From Dehalococcoidia bacterium (lineage in GTDB: Bacteria; Chloroflexota; Dehalococcoidia; Lucifugimonadales; UBA3495), in assembly GCA_965207275.1 (NCBI GenBank), contig CBDBMH010000001.1, positions 1,056,297-1,120,296 of the forward strand: DNA of 64,000 nucleotides, read 5' to 3'. Made by a program: the position numbers and the translations under genes. Below the pieces are notes generated by a model. It made no database searches. It was not told where the DNA came from and saw only the letters and a program-made list of their open reading frames with translations. Positions 52,246 through 61,768 of this stretch are shown here, in pieces; positions within the stretch are counted from its first letter, which is position 1; each line of letters starts with the position of its first letter.

Positions 52246-52400
52246 CGCAGCGCGGGGTACCATTCCCCTCGTGTTTGGCCGTAACTGTTCAACGCTGAGG
52301 GTAATGCCCTCACCCCCATCCTGCCCTGCCCCTTCAAGGGGGCAGGGACTTTGAGACTGTTTCTTAGCCCGCCAAGAACCTGGAACTGAAAGGTGCAACC

Positions 52401-55400
52401 ATGACCACGACTGAAACTCAGATTGCCGCAGAAATAGTCCCTTCCATGCCCCCGGAGTTGCTGGGCGCGGTCAGGTGGCGGTGCATTGGGCCACCCCGGG
52501 GCGGCCGGGTGGTTGCCGTAGCCGGCGACCCGGTCAATCCCATGGTCTTCTACTTCGGGGCCTGCGCCGGCGGCGTCTGGAAGACCACCGACGGTGGCAC
52601 CTACTGGGACAACGTTTCCGACGGCTACTTCAATACCGCGTCGGTGGGAGCCATTGCCGTCGCTCCGTCGGACTGCAACGTGATTTATGCCGGAATGGGC
52701 GAGTCCACCATCCGTGGAGACGTTACTTACGGCGACGGAGTGTACAAGTCCACCGATGGCGGGCAGACCTGGGCCAACGTGGGCCTGTCCGACACCCGCC
52801 ACATTTCCCGGGTGCGTGTCCATCCCGCCGACCCCGACCTGGTGTACGTGGCGGCCCTGGGCCACGCCTACGGCCCCAACGAGGAGCGGGGAATCTTCCG
52901 CTCCCGGGACGGGGGCAAGAACTGGGAGCGGGTGCTGTTCCGCAGCGAGAACGCCGGGGCGGCGGACTTGTCCCTGGACCCCAGCAACCCCCGCATCCTG
53001 TACGCCGCCATCTGGCAGACCCGCCGTACGCCGTGGAGCCTGATCAGCGGCGGGGAGGAAAGCGGCATCTTCAAGTCGGTGGACGGGGGCGATACCTGGA
53101 CCGAGATTACCGACAACCCGGGCCTGCCCGGCGGGCTTAAGGGGCGCATCGGCGTGGCCGCATCCCCGGCCAAATCCGGGCGGGTGTGGGCCACCATCGA
53201 GGCGGAAGACTGCGGGGTGTACCGCTCGGACGATGGAGGCGATACCTGGGAACTGGTCAGCGACAACCGGGACCTTCAGGGCCGGCCCTGGTACTACCAG
53301 CATATCTTCGCCGATCCCCAGGACGCCGAAACGGTCTGGATTCTCAACTACCAGTGCTGGAAGTCGGTGGACGGCGGCCGTAACTTCAATCGGGTTACCA
53401 CGCCCCACGGCGACGACCACGACCTGTGGATCGACCCCAACAATCCCCTGCGGATGATCGAGGGCAACGACGGCGGCGCCTGCGTCAGTTTCAACGGCGG
53501 CGAAAGCTGGTCCACCATCTACAACCAGTTGACGGGCCAGTTCTACCACCTGACCACCGACAATCGTTTCCCCTACCGGGTGTACGGCACCCAGCAGGAC
53601 AACACGGCCATCAGCGTGCCTTCCCGCACACACAAGGGGGCCATACCCTGGGGCGACTGCTACGTGGTGGGCAACTCGGAGAGCGGTTACATCGCTCTGC
53701 ATCCCGACGACCCGGATACCGTCATTTCCGGGGCCATCGGCAGTTCCGCCGGGGGCGGCGGCAACATGCTGCACTACGACCACGCCACCGGCCAGGTGCG
53801 GATAATCACTGTCTGGCCGGAACTGTATTCGGGCTGGGGCGCCAAGGACATGAAGTACCGGTTCCAATGGACCTATCCCATCATGTTTTCGCCCCACGAC
53901 CAAAATACTCTGTACGTGGCCGGCAATCTGGTCTTCCGCTCCACCGATCTGGGCGGCAGCTGGGAAGCCATCAGCCCCGACCTGACCCGTCACGACCCGT
54001 CCACCCTGGAACCGTCGGGCGGGCCCATTACCAGGGACACGTCCGGCGCCGAAATCTACGCCACCATTTTCGCCTTCGTGGAATCGCCCCACGAGCAAGG
54101 GGTATTCTGGGCCGGTTCCGACGATGGGCTGGTCCATCTGTCCCGGGACAGCGGCGCCACGTGGGAGCCAGTCACGCCGCCGGACTTGCCCGAGTGGACG
54201 CTCATCTCCATGATTGAAGTTTCGCCCCACGACCCGGCCACCGCCTACATTGCGGCCACCCGTTACAAACTGGACGACACCCGCCCCATGCTTTACCGGA
54301 CCGCCGACTACGGCCGGACCTGGACATTGATTACCAACGGCCTGCCGGAGGACGACTACACCCGGGTAGTGCGGGAAGACCCCGTCCGCCCGGGTCTGCT
54401 CTACTGCGGTACCGAGACGGGGGCCTACGTGTCCTTTGACCAGGGTGAATCCTGGCAGACGCTGCGGGCCAACTTGCCTGTGGTGCCCGTCTATGACCTG
54501 GCCGTTAAGGAGGACAACCTGTTGGCCGCCACCCACGGGCGGGCCTTCTGGATTCTGGACGACCTGAACCAGTTACGCCAGCTGAATCCGGCACTGGCGG
54601 ACACTTACTGCAGCCTGCTGCAGCCCCGGGATACTTACCGCGTCCGGTCGCCCTTCCGCGACCGCAAGCCCACCACCGGCAAGAGCTACCGCGCCGGGCT
54701 GGGCGCCGACGTTACCTACAGCGAGTCCCTGGGCAAGCAGGGCGAGGTGGTACGCAAGATGTGGGACGCCGGCGAAAACCCGCCCGACGGGGCGCTTCTC
54801 CACTACTACCTGAAGGAAACGCCGGAGGAGGAGGTAACCGTCACCATCCTGGACGGTGACGGGAGCATAATACAGAGCTTTTCCAGCAATGCCCCGGAGG
54901 CTGGCGAGGACAACCCGGAACCAAGAGCGCCGGCCGGGGCAGGAATGAACCGTTTCGTATGGAATATGCGGTACCCGGCGGCGACCAGGGTGCCTGAGGA
55001 CAAGACTACCGAGGACTCCCTGGTCGGCCCCCTGGCACCGCCGGGCGCCTATCGGGCAACGTTGCAGGTGGGCGACCAGTCGCAGACTCAGGAGTTCCGC
55101 ATCCTGAAGGACCCCAGGGTGGCCGCCACCCAGGAAGACCTGGAGGCCCAGTTCCGCTTCCTGGTGGAGATTCGGGACAGGGTTTCGGAGACCCACGACG
55201 CCATCAACCAATTGCGGCGGGTACGCCAGCAGGTGGACCAGTGGGTAAGCCGCGCCCAGGGCCATTCGTCGGAGGAGACGGTGGCCGACGCGGCGGAGGC
55301 CGTTAAGGAAAAGCTGAAGGAAATTGAGGACGAGTTGATCCAGCCAGCATACCGGGGGGCGCGCGACCGGCTGCACATGCCGACGCGGCTGAACCGCAAG

Positions 55401-55589
55401 TTGGCGGAGCTGACCGCCGTGGTGGCCACCGCAGACTTCGCTCCCCCGCAGCAGGCCTACCAGGTCTTTGAGTACCTGTCCGGCGAAATTGACGTTCAGC
55501 TGGCTGCCCTGCAGGCGGTCATTGATGAGGACGTGGCCCAGTTCTCCAACCTGGTGCGGGATTTGGACGTTCCTACCATAGCGACGTAG
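52401..55589 (+). CDS. VPS10/sortilin-like BNR (Asp-box) glycosyl-hydrolase-like protein
   Basis: WRCIGPPRGGRV start and many SxDGGxTW Asp-boxes. Confidence 0.9.
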   Translation: MTTTETQIAAEIVPSMPPELLGAVRWRCIGPPRGGRVVAVAGDPVNPMVFYFGACAGGVWKTTDGGTYWDNVSDGYFNTASVGAIAVAPSDCNVIYAGMGESTIRGDVTYGDGVYKSTDGGQTWANVGLSDTRHISRVRVHPADPDLVYVAALGHAYGPNEERGIFRSRDGGKNWERVLFRSENAGAADLSLDPSNPRILYAAIWQTRRTPWSLISGGEESGIFKSVDGGDTWTEITDNPGLPGGLKGRIGVAASPAKSGRVWATIEAEDCGVYRSDDGGDTWELVSDNRDLQGRPWYYQHIFADPQDAETVWILNYQCWKSVDGGRNFNRVTTPHGDDHDLWIDPNNPLRMIEGNDGGACVSFNGGESWSTIYNQLTGQFYHLTTDNRFPYRVYGTQQDNTAISVPSRTHKGAIPWGDCYVVGNSESGYIALHPDDPDTVISGAIGSSAGGGGNMLHYDHATGQVRIITVWPELYSGWGAKDMKYRFQWTYPIMFSPHDQNTLYVAGNLVFRSTDLGGSWEAISPDLTRHDPSTLEPSGGPITRDTSGAEIYATIFAFVESPHEQGVFWAGSDDGLVHLSRDSGATWEPVTPPDLPEWTLISMIEVSPHDPATAYIAATRYKLDDTRPMLYRTADYGRTWTLITNGLPEDDYTRVVREDPVRPGLLYCGTETGAYVSFDQGESWQTLRANLPVVPVYDLAVKEDNLLAATHGRAFWILDDLNQLRQLNPALADTYCSLLQPRDTYRVRSPFRDRKPTTGKSYRAGLGADVTYSESLGKQGEVVRKMWDAGENPPDGALLHYYLKETPEEEVTVTILDGDGSIIQSFSSNAPEAGEDNPEPRAPAGAGMNRFVWNMRYPAATRVPEDKTTEDSLVGPLAPPGAYRATLQVGDQSQTQEFRILKDPRVAATQEDLEAQFRFLVEIRDRVSETHDAINQLRRVRQQVDQWVSRAQGHSSEETVADAAEAVKEKLKEIEDELIQPAYRGARDRLHMPTRLNRKLAELTAVVATADFAPPQQAYQVFEYLSGEIDVQLAALQAVIDEDVAQFSNLVRDLDVPTIAT

Positions 55590-55631
55590 TGGACCGAGAT
55601 TATTGCCTTGATCGATCTACACAGGTAGCGG

Positions 55632-55997
55632 ATGATGAAAATGGGAACCGCAACCACAACGATTGAAGTAGGAGACCCCCAGGGGCGGAATTTCAGGGAG
55701 ATTGAACTGGAAGTGGATACCGGATCCACCTATACGGCATTGCCCTGTGAAATGCTGGAATCGCTGGGAGTGCCGGTCAACCGGACCGAGAGGGCACGGC
55801 TGGCCGACGGTACCGCGCACGCAGTGGAAGTAGGGTGGACCCAAATCAGGGTAGCCGGCAAACAGATTGCCACGCCGGTTATTTTCGCCGAAGAGGGAGA
55901 GCCCAGCCTAACGGGCGTGGTTACCCTGGAAGACGCTGCGCTGGGAGTGGACCCGCTTAACAACGAACTGATAACGGTAACAATCAAGCGATATTGA
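55632..55997 (+). CDS. Retropepsin-like (clan AA) aspartyl protease
   Basis: Motifs VDTGSTY and LTGVVTLE. Confidence 0.85.
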   Translation: MMKMGTATTTIEVGDPQGRNFREIELEVDTGSTYTALPCEMLESLGVPVNRTERARLADGTAHAVEVGWTQIRVAGKQIATPVIFAEEGEPSLTGVVTLEDAALGVDPLNNELITVTIKRY

Positions 55998-56090
55998 AGG
56001 GAATTAGGCTGACTGGGAACGTCTGAAGAATGACAGAATCCACAATTGTTCAGAGTTTCCTTATTTCGAAAGCGCCAAACTTTGAAGGCG

Positions 56091-56237
56091 CCCCCGCAGC
56101 AGGTCCACCAGGTCTTTGAGTACCTGTCCGGCGAAATTGACGTTCAGATGGCTGCCCTGCAGGTGGTCACTGATGAGGACGTGGCCCAGTTCTCCAACCT
56201 GGTGCGGGATTTGGACGTTCCTGCAATAGCAACGTAG
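56091..56237 (+). repeat. 147-bp direct duplicate of the 3' end of the VPS10 gene (55443-55589)
   Basis: Ungapped alignment by eye gives 8 mismatches in 147 bp. Both copies end at TAG. Confidence 0.95.
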
Positions 56238-56405
56238 GCTGTAGCGACGTAGGCGAGGTTGTTTAGTCAGACCGGCGCCATCTGGCAATTTGTACACAAG
56301 AGCCCTATAGGCAAGGGAAAAAGGCTAAGGCAGCGATTTGCTGAACACGGCCGGGGAAGGCCGGTTAAGGTATAGGAATCCCTCCGCCCGCCGTTGACCT
56401 TGGCC

Positions 56406-57251
56406 TCACGCCTGTCCCTGCCTCCAGTCGTGGCGGGGTTGCCATCCCAGCAGCCTCTGCGCCTTTTCGGTGCTTATCACGCTGGCAGTGCCGCCCAGTC
56501 CTTCCCGTATCTCCACCACGTCGCCAAAGTTCCTCTTGACCAGGTCAATCGTGGGCTCATCGAACCGGGAGGAGGGCTGGGCCAGCATGAAGGCCTCGTA
56601 TTCCTCTATCTCTGCGTCAAGCGCCAATACGTGGGCCTCGGCCACGTCCCTGGCGTCGGCGTAGGCCCACATTACCAGGGTAAGGGGATTCTCCGGTGTG
56701 GGAGCCGGCCAGGGAAACTCCGCCTGTACTTCCGGCAGGGCTACGTTGGTGAACCGCAGACTGACCACCGTGGTTCCCGAGTTGCGGGCGACCATCCGGC
56801 CGATGTCCTCTCCCACCTGCTTGGACAGGCCGTAAGGTTCGAAGGGCATCATGGGGTGTTCTTCGTCCAGGGGCAGGTAAAGGGGTACGAAGGCGTTCCC
56901 GTCGTGTGCCCACCCCATACCGAAGGCGCTGGAGGAAAATACCACCCGGCGCAGGCCCAGTTCCGCCGCAGACATCATTACGTTAAAGGCGCTAGCCAGG
57001 TTATTTTCGAAGATTACTCTGGGCTCTTCCCGCAGCGGCCCGGGGATAGCTCCCATGTGCACCACTGCCTCCGCCTCCTGGAGAAGGTCCTCCACCGCAG
57101 AGGCGTCACTCAGATCGCAGCGTACGAACTCCGTTGGCAGATCATCCGCGGCCAACCGGTCCGTCGCCAGGACTGGCCGGCCCTGGTCCACCAGCAACTC
57201 CACTACCCGCCGTCCCAATCTGCCCGCCGCTCCGGTAACTACTATCATCAT
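56406..57251 (-). CDS. NAD-dependent epimerase/dehydratase (extended SDR)
   Basis: Motifs VTGAAGRLG and YGLSK. Confidence 0.9.
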   Translation of the reverse strand: MMIVVTGAAGRLGRRVVELLVDQGRPVLATDRLAADDLPTEFVRCDLSDASAVEDLLQEAEAVVHMGAIPGPLREEPRVIFENNLASAFNVMMSAAELGLRRVVFSSSAFGMGWAHDGNAFVPLYLPLDEEHPMMPFEPYGLSKQVGEDIGRMVARNSGTTVVSLRFTNVALPEVQAEFPWPAPTPENPLTLVMWAYADARDVAEAHVLALDAEIEEYEAFMLAQPSSRFDEPTIDLVKRNFGDVVEIREGLGGTASVISTEKAQRLLGWQPRHDWRQGQA

Positions 57252-57405
57252 GTCCTCCGGGTCGCCTTCAGGGGTTTCACTGACCCTGCTCGCTGCATAC
57301 GGGCTATGGGAATCGGGTTGTGGTCGAGACCAGGTTTCCTTCCCCTCAACATCCACCCACATTTGAACAACCGGGGAGTTTCCCAGGAACCGGGGTGGAA
57401 TATAG

Positions 57406-57502
57406 TCACAACTTCGCGAATTTCTGTACGCGTTGGTTGGCAGTGTCTATCCCATAGATGCTGCCCCGGGAATCGGTGTAGACCTGGTGGGCGTTTTCGA
57501 AA
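57406..57502 (-). pseudogene. 3' fragment of the IS-interrupted NHL gene
   Basis: Joining across the TSD gives ...GRTFE-NAHQVYTDSRGSIYGIDTANQRVQKFAKL*. Confidence 0.85.
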
Positions 57503-57574
57503 GGGAATTACCAACATAAGTTGACGTTGAGCTGCCCGGTAAGTATGCTTTGCGGTTATAAAGGCGGTGAAAAT

Positions 57575-57937
57575 ATGGCGCAAGATGAAGATCCTCTCCT
57601 CTGTATGTGGTGCGCTGTTAGATGGCATGCACCCTGGTTTGACCAGTGTTACTGGTGCTCCCAACTCAAGCGACTTGGCTATGGACTTGCAATGCGTGCG
57701 TATTTGGAGGAAAACGATTTGCGCACGGGCCGAAGTTTTCATGAGGCAGCGGTAGCCATGTTTGAAGCGGGAATAATTACCGAAGAACCACCACCCTTCC
57801 GCCCGAGAGTATCGTCAATTCAATCCTCCAATGTGGATTCTTCCAGGGAACTCCAGTTCAGCAAATTGCGTTTCGCCCTCATCCTCGGCGCCTGCTGGTT
57901 TGCAGGATTCATATGCGGTGCCGTAGTGAGTGCGTGA
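57575..57937 (+). CDS. IS passenger gene: CxxC-CxxC protein with C-terminal transmembrane helix
   Basis: CMWC...CYWC and a hydrophobic tail. Preceded by TTGACG-N17-TATGCT (57521-57549). Confidence 0.6.
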   Translation: MAQDEDPLLCMWCAVRWHAPWFDQCYWCSQLKRLGYGLAMRAYLEENDLRTGRSFHEAAVAMFEAGIITEEPPPFRPRVSSIQSSNVDSSRELQFSKLRFALILGACWFAGFICGAVVSA

Positions 57938-58200
57938 CTCAATAGGAAAAAGATTGCGAGGACTGCCCAGGTAGTGCTGGGCAGCCTCTTCCAGCACGGA
58001 AAGGAGGTGATATCGTGCCAGACGTGGGCATTGCTTCCGTCGTACAACGCCAAATAGGGCGTAGTCGGGCGCCTCGCTATAACTACCGCTAACAGGCGGC
58101 GCGAGGCGCTCGACAAACCCAATCAGTGCGCCAGCAGGTCGGTAGACCACCGTGCGAAGCAATCCCATCCCAAACCACTGCTGGCAAGCTGACAAACTCA

Positions 58201-59127
58201 TTATCCCACCAAATCGGCATATCGCAACCGCTTGCCGATGCAACCCCGGGCCAGATCTGCCATTTGGGTCAGGGTATCATTCGGGCGGTTGTTATGTCGG
58301 CCTTCGAACTCGGTAACATACCTGTCCAGGTGCTTAACGCTCATGTGGTGGTAGATCCCCACGTAGCCCCGCTTCAACAGGCTCCAGAAACTCTCCATGC
58401 CATTGGTGTGAGCCATATCCTTCACGAACTCGCCCACACCATGCGCTACCGTTTCGTGATGGCGAGGAAGCCCTCGGTAGGCTGCGGCTTCATCGGTGTA
58501 GACAATGGCGTTGGATTCCGTCTTGGCCTGGATGTTGCCCTGGAGGGTTTCCCCATCGGTCTTTTCGACCACGCCAGCGTCAACCTGGTTAGTCTTGCGG
58601 TCCTTGATACCAGCAACAGCGGCCTTTCCCACTGCCCCGCGGCCGACCTTGAGTTTCTTGCTTTCGTGTTTGTTGCCTTCCTTGCCACCTATGTAAGTCT
58701 CATCCGCTTCTACGGGTCCACTGAACACCGGGTCAGACCCGTTCATGGCTTCACGTATCCGGTGGGCCAGAAACCAGGCTGAGGTTTGGCTTATACCCAA
58801 GTCCCTGTGAAGTTTCATGGAACTTACACCCTTGAGATTAGTAAGAATCTGATAGAAGGCTATTGCCCACTTCTGATAACCAATCTTGGAAGATTCCATC
58901 ACAGTTCCAACTTTCACGCTGAAGTAGGAACGGCAATCGGAGCACCAGTAAGGCATCGGTTTGGCGTTGGGAACCTCTTTGGTTCGTTCGCTATTACACC
59001 GGGCGCAAATGCGGCCATCCGGCCAGCGGATTGATTCAAACCACGCCTGGGAGGCGCTGTCATCCGAGAACATTTCAACCAACTCAATTATCCCTACGCC
59101 CTTGCGGAAACTCTTGCCTGCTGACAT
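58201..59127 (-). CDS. IS1595-family DDE transposase
   Basis: Zinc ribbon (CARC..CSDC), VEADETY, VYTDE and HTNGMESFWS. Promoter TTGACA-N17-TATCAT at 59156-59184. Confidence 0.95.
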   Translation of the reverse strand: MSAGKSFRKGVGIIELVEMFSDDSASQAWFESIRWPDGRICARCNSERTKEVPNAKPMPYWCSDCRSYFSVKVGTVMESSKIGYQKWAIAFYQILTNLKGVSSMKLHRDLGISQTSAWFLAHRIREAMNGSDPVFSGPVEADETYIGGKEGNKHESKKLKVGRGAVGKAAVAGIKDRKTNQVDAGVVEKTDGETLQGNIQAKTESNAIVYTDEAAAYRGLPRHHETVAHGVGEFVKDMAHTNGMESFWSLLKRGYVGIYHHMSVKHLDRYVTEFEGRHNNRPNDTLTQMADLARGCIGKRLRYADLVG

Positions 59128-59202
59128 TGCTATCACCCTCCCTTGACTTGAGAGAATGATATACTATCTAGTCTTATTTGTCAAGTTATCTTGGTAATTC
59201 CC

Positions 59203-59947
59203 TTTCGAAAGTCCGGCCCCGGGCCAGCAGTTCGCCGTCAAGGGTCAGCATACTTATTCGGGGAATCTGGTCCGATACGTAGACCACCTGGTTGCCGTCA
59301 ATGTGGACGCCCATGGGGCACTTGAAGTCGGTCCATTCCGCCCTGAAATCACCCTCGGCCGTAAACACCTGCACCCGGTTATTCTCGCGGTCAGCCACGT
59401 AGACGCGGCCGTCGGGGGCCACGCGGACGCTGTGGGGCACTCTAAACTGACCCGGGCCGCTGCCGGGGCTGCCGAAACTCCCGATGTAGTCGCCGCCGGC
59501 GCTGAACCGGTGAACGCTGGAATTTCCGTAGCCGTCAGCGACATACAGTTCCCCGGACGGGGCCACGCAAATGTCCGCCGGGTGGTTGAAGGGCGCCTGC
59601 ATCGCCGCCCGGTGGCGGGAGCCCAGCGAACGCTGCAAATTGCCGGCGGTGTCGTAGAGCAGGATCTGGTGGGCGTCGCGGTCGGTGAGGTAGACGGTAT
59701 CGTCGGGCCCGACGTGGATGTGGTGGGCTTCCAGGGGCACGCCATCCCGCCGTACCCAGGCATCGAGGAGACCTCCGTCGCGGTCAAAAACCAATACCGG
59801 AGGCCCCTGGCGCTGGAATACGTACACCCGATCCGTGGAGTCTACGGCCACTCCGCTGGGGCCCCGCAGGGCCATGCCGCTGGGAAGCTTTGCCCAGCCC
59901 GGCTGGTATTCGTACCTGAAGTCCCCCACGCCTATGATCGGCGCCAT
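59203..59947 (-). pseudogene. NHL-repeat (PAL-like) gene, 5' part, disrupted by IS1595
   Basis: Motifs FNHPAD, ADGYGNS, GQFRVPH and DRENNRVQ. The apparent end RELPR is IS-derived. Confidence 0.88.
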
Positions 59948-60004
59948 GGCTACCTCCAATTCTCTGCCGCCGGGTCCGGTCGGCGAAAGCCCTGGCCCCG
60001 GCCT

Positions 60005-61303
60005 TCAGTCCGAAGCGGGCAGGGTGGTTGGCAGGTGGGTCTCCCAGTCGGGAATCTGGCGCTCCCGGGGCGAGGGCAGCAGCCAGGCGGACAGCAGACC
60101 CAACGAGCTGAACACGAGGGACATTATCAACGGGGCCAGGTAGGTGCCGGTTATGTCCCACAGGAAGCCGGCGCACACGGGGGCCATGCCCATGCCCAGG
60201 CCGTTGCCCAGGTTCTGCCAACCGAACAGGGTGCCCTGGGGCACGTTGCCGTAATACTGGCGGTTGGCGATGGGGAAGGTGGGCACTTCGCAGGCCTGGC
60301 CGATACCGAAAAGCACCGCGAAGGTGTAGAAGGCCCAGGCGTCGTGGATGAAGAAAATGATGAGCAGGGGGAACACCTGCAGGGCCATGCCCACGATCCA
60401 GATGGTCCGGCAGCCCAGCCGTTCCGCCACCACCGGCACGAAGCCCCGGGCCACGACGCCCACGCCCTGCTGGGCCGCCAGCACGCCCGCCGCCACGGGC
60501 AGGGACAGCCCCCGGTCCACGGCGATGGCCACCAGCAGGATGTTGATGATGTTGTGCCCCATGCACCCCCAGTAGTGGATGCCGATAAGGTTCCAGAAGG
60601 TAAAGGTGCGCCTGGCCCGCTGGATGAAGACGGTAGCCCTGACCTTGGCCGTTTCGTCGTTGCGCGGCACCGGAGGCGGCTCGGAATCGGTGGCCCCCAG
60701 GGGACGCAGGCCAAGGTCGGCCGGACCGTTGTGGAAGAACCTGACCATCAGGAGGAGAGCGGCCCCGCCAATCAGGCCGGGCAGCCAGAAGATCCACTGC
60801 ATCCCCAGCTGGGAGAGGGCGGCGCCAATCAAGAGCAACAGGACTATCACGCCAGCACCCTGTAGCGACCACACTATCCCCATAGCGATGCCCAGGTGCC
60901 TCCTGAACCACAGGGAAACGCCCGAAATCGGCAGTACGGTGAATATGGAAGTGGAGATGCCCAGGAATACCCCGAAGAACAGGTAGTACTGCCACAGGCT
61001 GGTCATGACGCCGGTCAACAGCATGCTGGCTATGAAGAACAGGGCTCCCAGCAGCAAGAGTTTGCGGACTCCGTACCGGTCGCCAAGGAACCCTACGTAA
61101 GGGCTCGCCAGCCCCAGGACGATCCACTGGAGGCTGAAGGCAAGGGTTACCGCGCCGTAGCTCCAGCCGAATCCTTCAACCGGGTCGATGAGGTGCGGCA
61201 CCAGGGCGGCGGCGGCGAAGCGCATCGCCGACGTGATGAACCCCATCAGTCCGGCGAGGGCCACTATGATCCAGGCGTAATGAAATCGTTCTTTCAGAAA
61301 CAT
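60005..61303 (-). CDS. MFS transporter
   Basis: Motif A GDRYGVRK and about 12 hydrophobic segments. Confidence 0.92.
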   Translation of the reverse strand: MFLKERFHYAWIIVALAGLMGFITSAMRFAAAALVPHLIDPVEGFGWSYGAVTLAFSLQWIVLGLASPYVGFLGDRYGVRKLLLLGALFFIASMLLTGVMTSLWQYYLFFGVFLGISTSIFTVLPISGVSLWFRRHLGIAMGIVWSLQGAGVIVLLLLIGAALSQLGMQWIFWLPGLIGGAALLLMVRFFHNGPADLGLRPLGATDSEPPPVPRNDETAKVRATVFIQRARRTFTFWNLIGIHYWGCMGHNIINILLVAIAVDRGLSLPVAAGVLAAQQGVGVVARGFVPVVAERLGCRTIWIVGMALQVFPLLIIFFIHDAWAFYTFAVLFGIGQACEVPTFPIANRQYYGNVPQGTLFGWQNLGNGLGMGMAPVCAGFLWDITGTYLAPLIMSLVFSSLGLLSAWLLPSPRERQIPDWETHLPTTLPASD

Positions 61304-61768
61304 CGGCGCTTTTCGGCAGGCAGTAATGGGGGGACGAACAGGTGCAGTATACACCCTGAGGAGGCGTTGCTGGGTTTCCTAACTTAACCGCTCGGACTTT
61401 GGGGGAATATTGGTGCCAAAGTCCACCCAGACCGACGAAAGCCGGAATCCGGTTTTCCTGATTTCAAGCGCGTCGGTCTGCGCCTGCCCTTTCTGAATTC
61501 CGGCTTTCGCCGGAAAGACGTATGGGACGGCAGCAACACCTTTCAATACTGAACAGGTTCGCCGCATTTCAGGGGAGACCCGGTTGACCCGCCCGGTCCT
61601 GCCATACTATCGGCTTTCCCTTTTCGACTTTCCCCTTTCTGACGGGTGTAGAATGGCCTTAATAGTTTCTTGAAATTCAGCCACTATATTCTACCCAGCG
61701 ACAGTCGCCAGCCAGAGTTGGCGCTCTGGCAGTTTCCGGAAGGAAAGCAGGAGCGAGGAGGTAGTCCG

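Larger units (their letters stand above)
57503..59202 (-). mobile_element. IS1595-family transposable element with passenger gene (1700 bp)
   Basis: 23-bp IRs GGGAATTACCAACATAAGTTGAC / GGGAATTACCAAGATAACTTGAC (21/23). 8-bp TSD TTTCGAAA at 57495-57502 and 59203-59210. Confidence 0.95.

Noticed and set aside
52131-54536. 801-aa minus-strand ORF and similar long antisense ORFs (49644-51359, 59303-60865, 39543-40907)
   Set aside because: Shadow frames of well-supported genes in high-GC DNA.
56064-56071. TTTCGAAA identical to the IS1595 target site inside the duplicated cassette
   Set aside because: A single 8-mer with no IS ends, compatible with chance.
55443-56237. DGR template/variable repeat pair
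   Set aside because: The 8 mismatches are not adenine-specific (half are C/T transitions) and there is no reverse transcriptase in the window.
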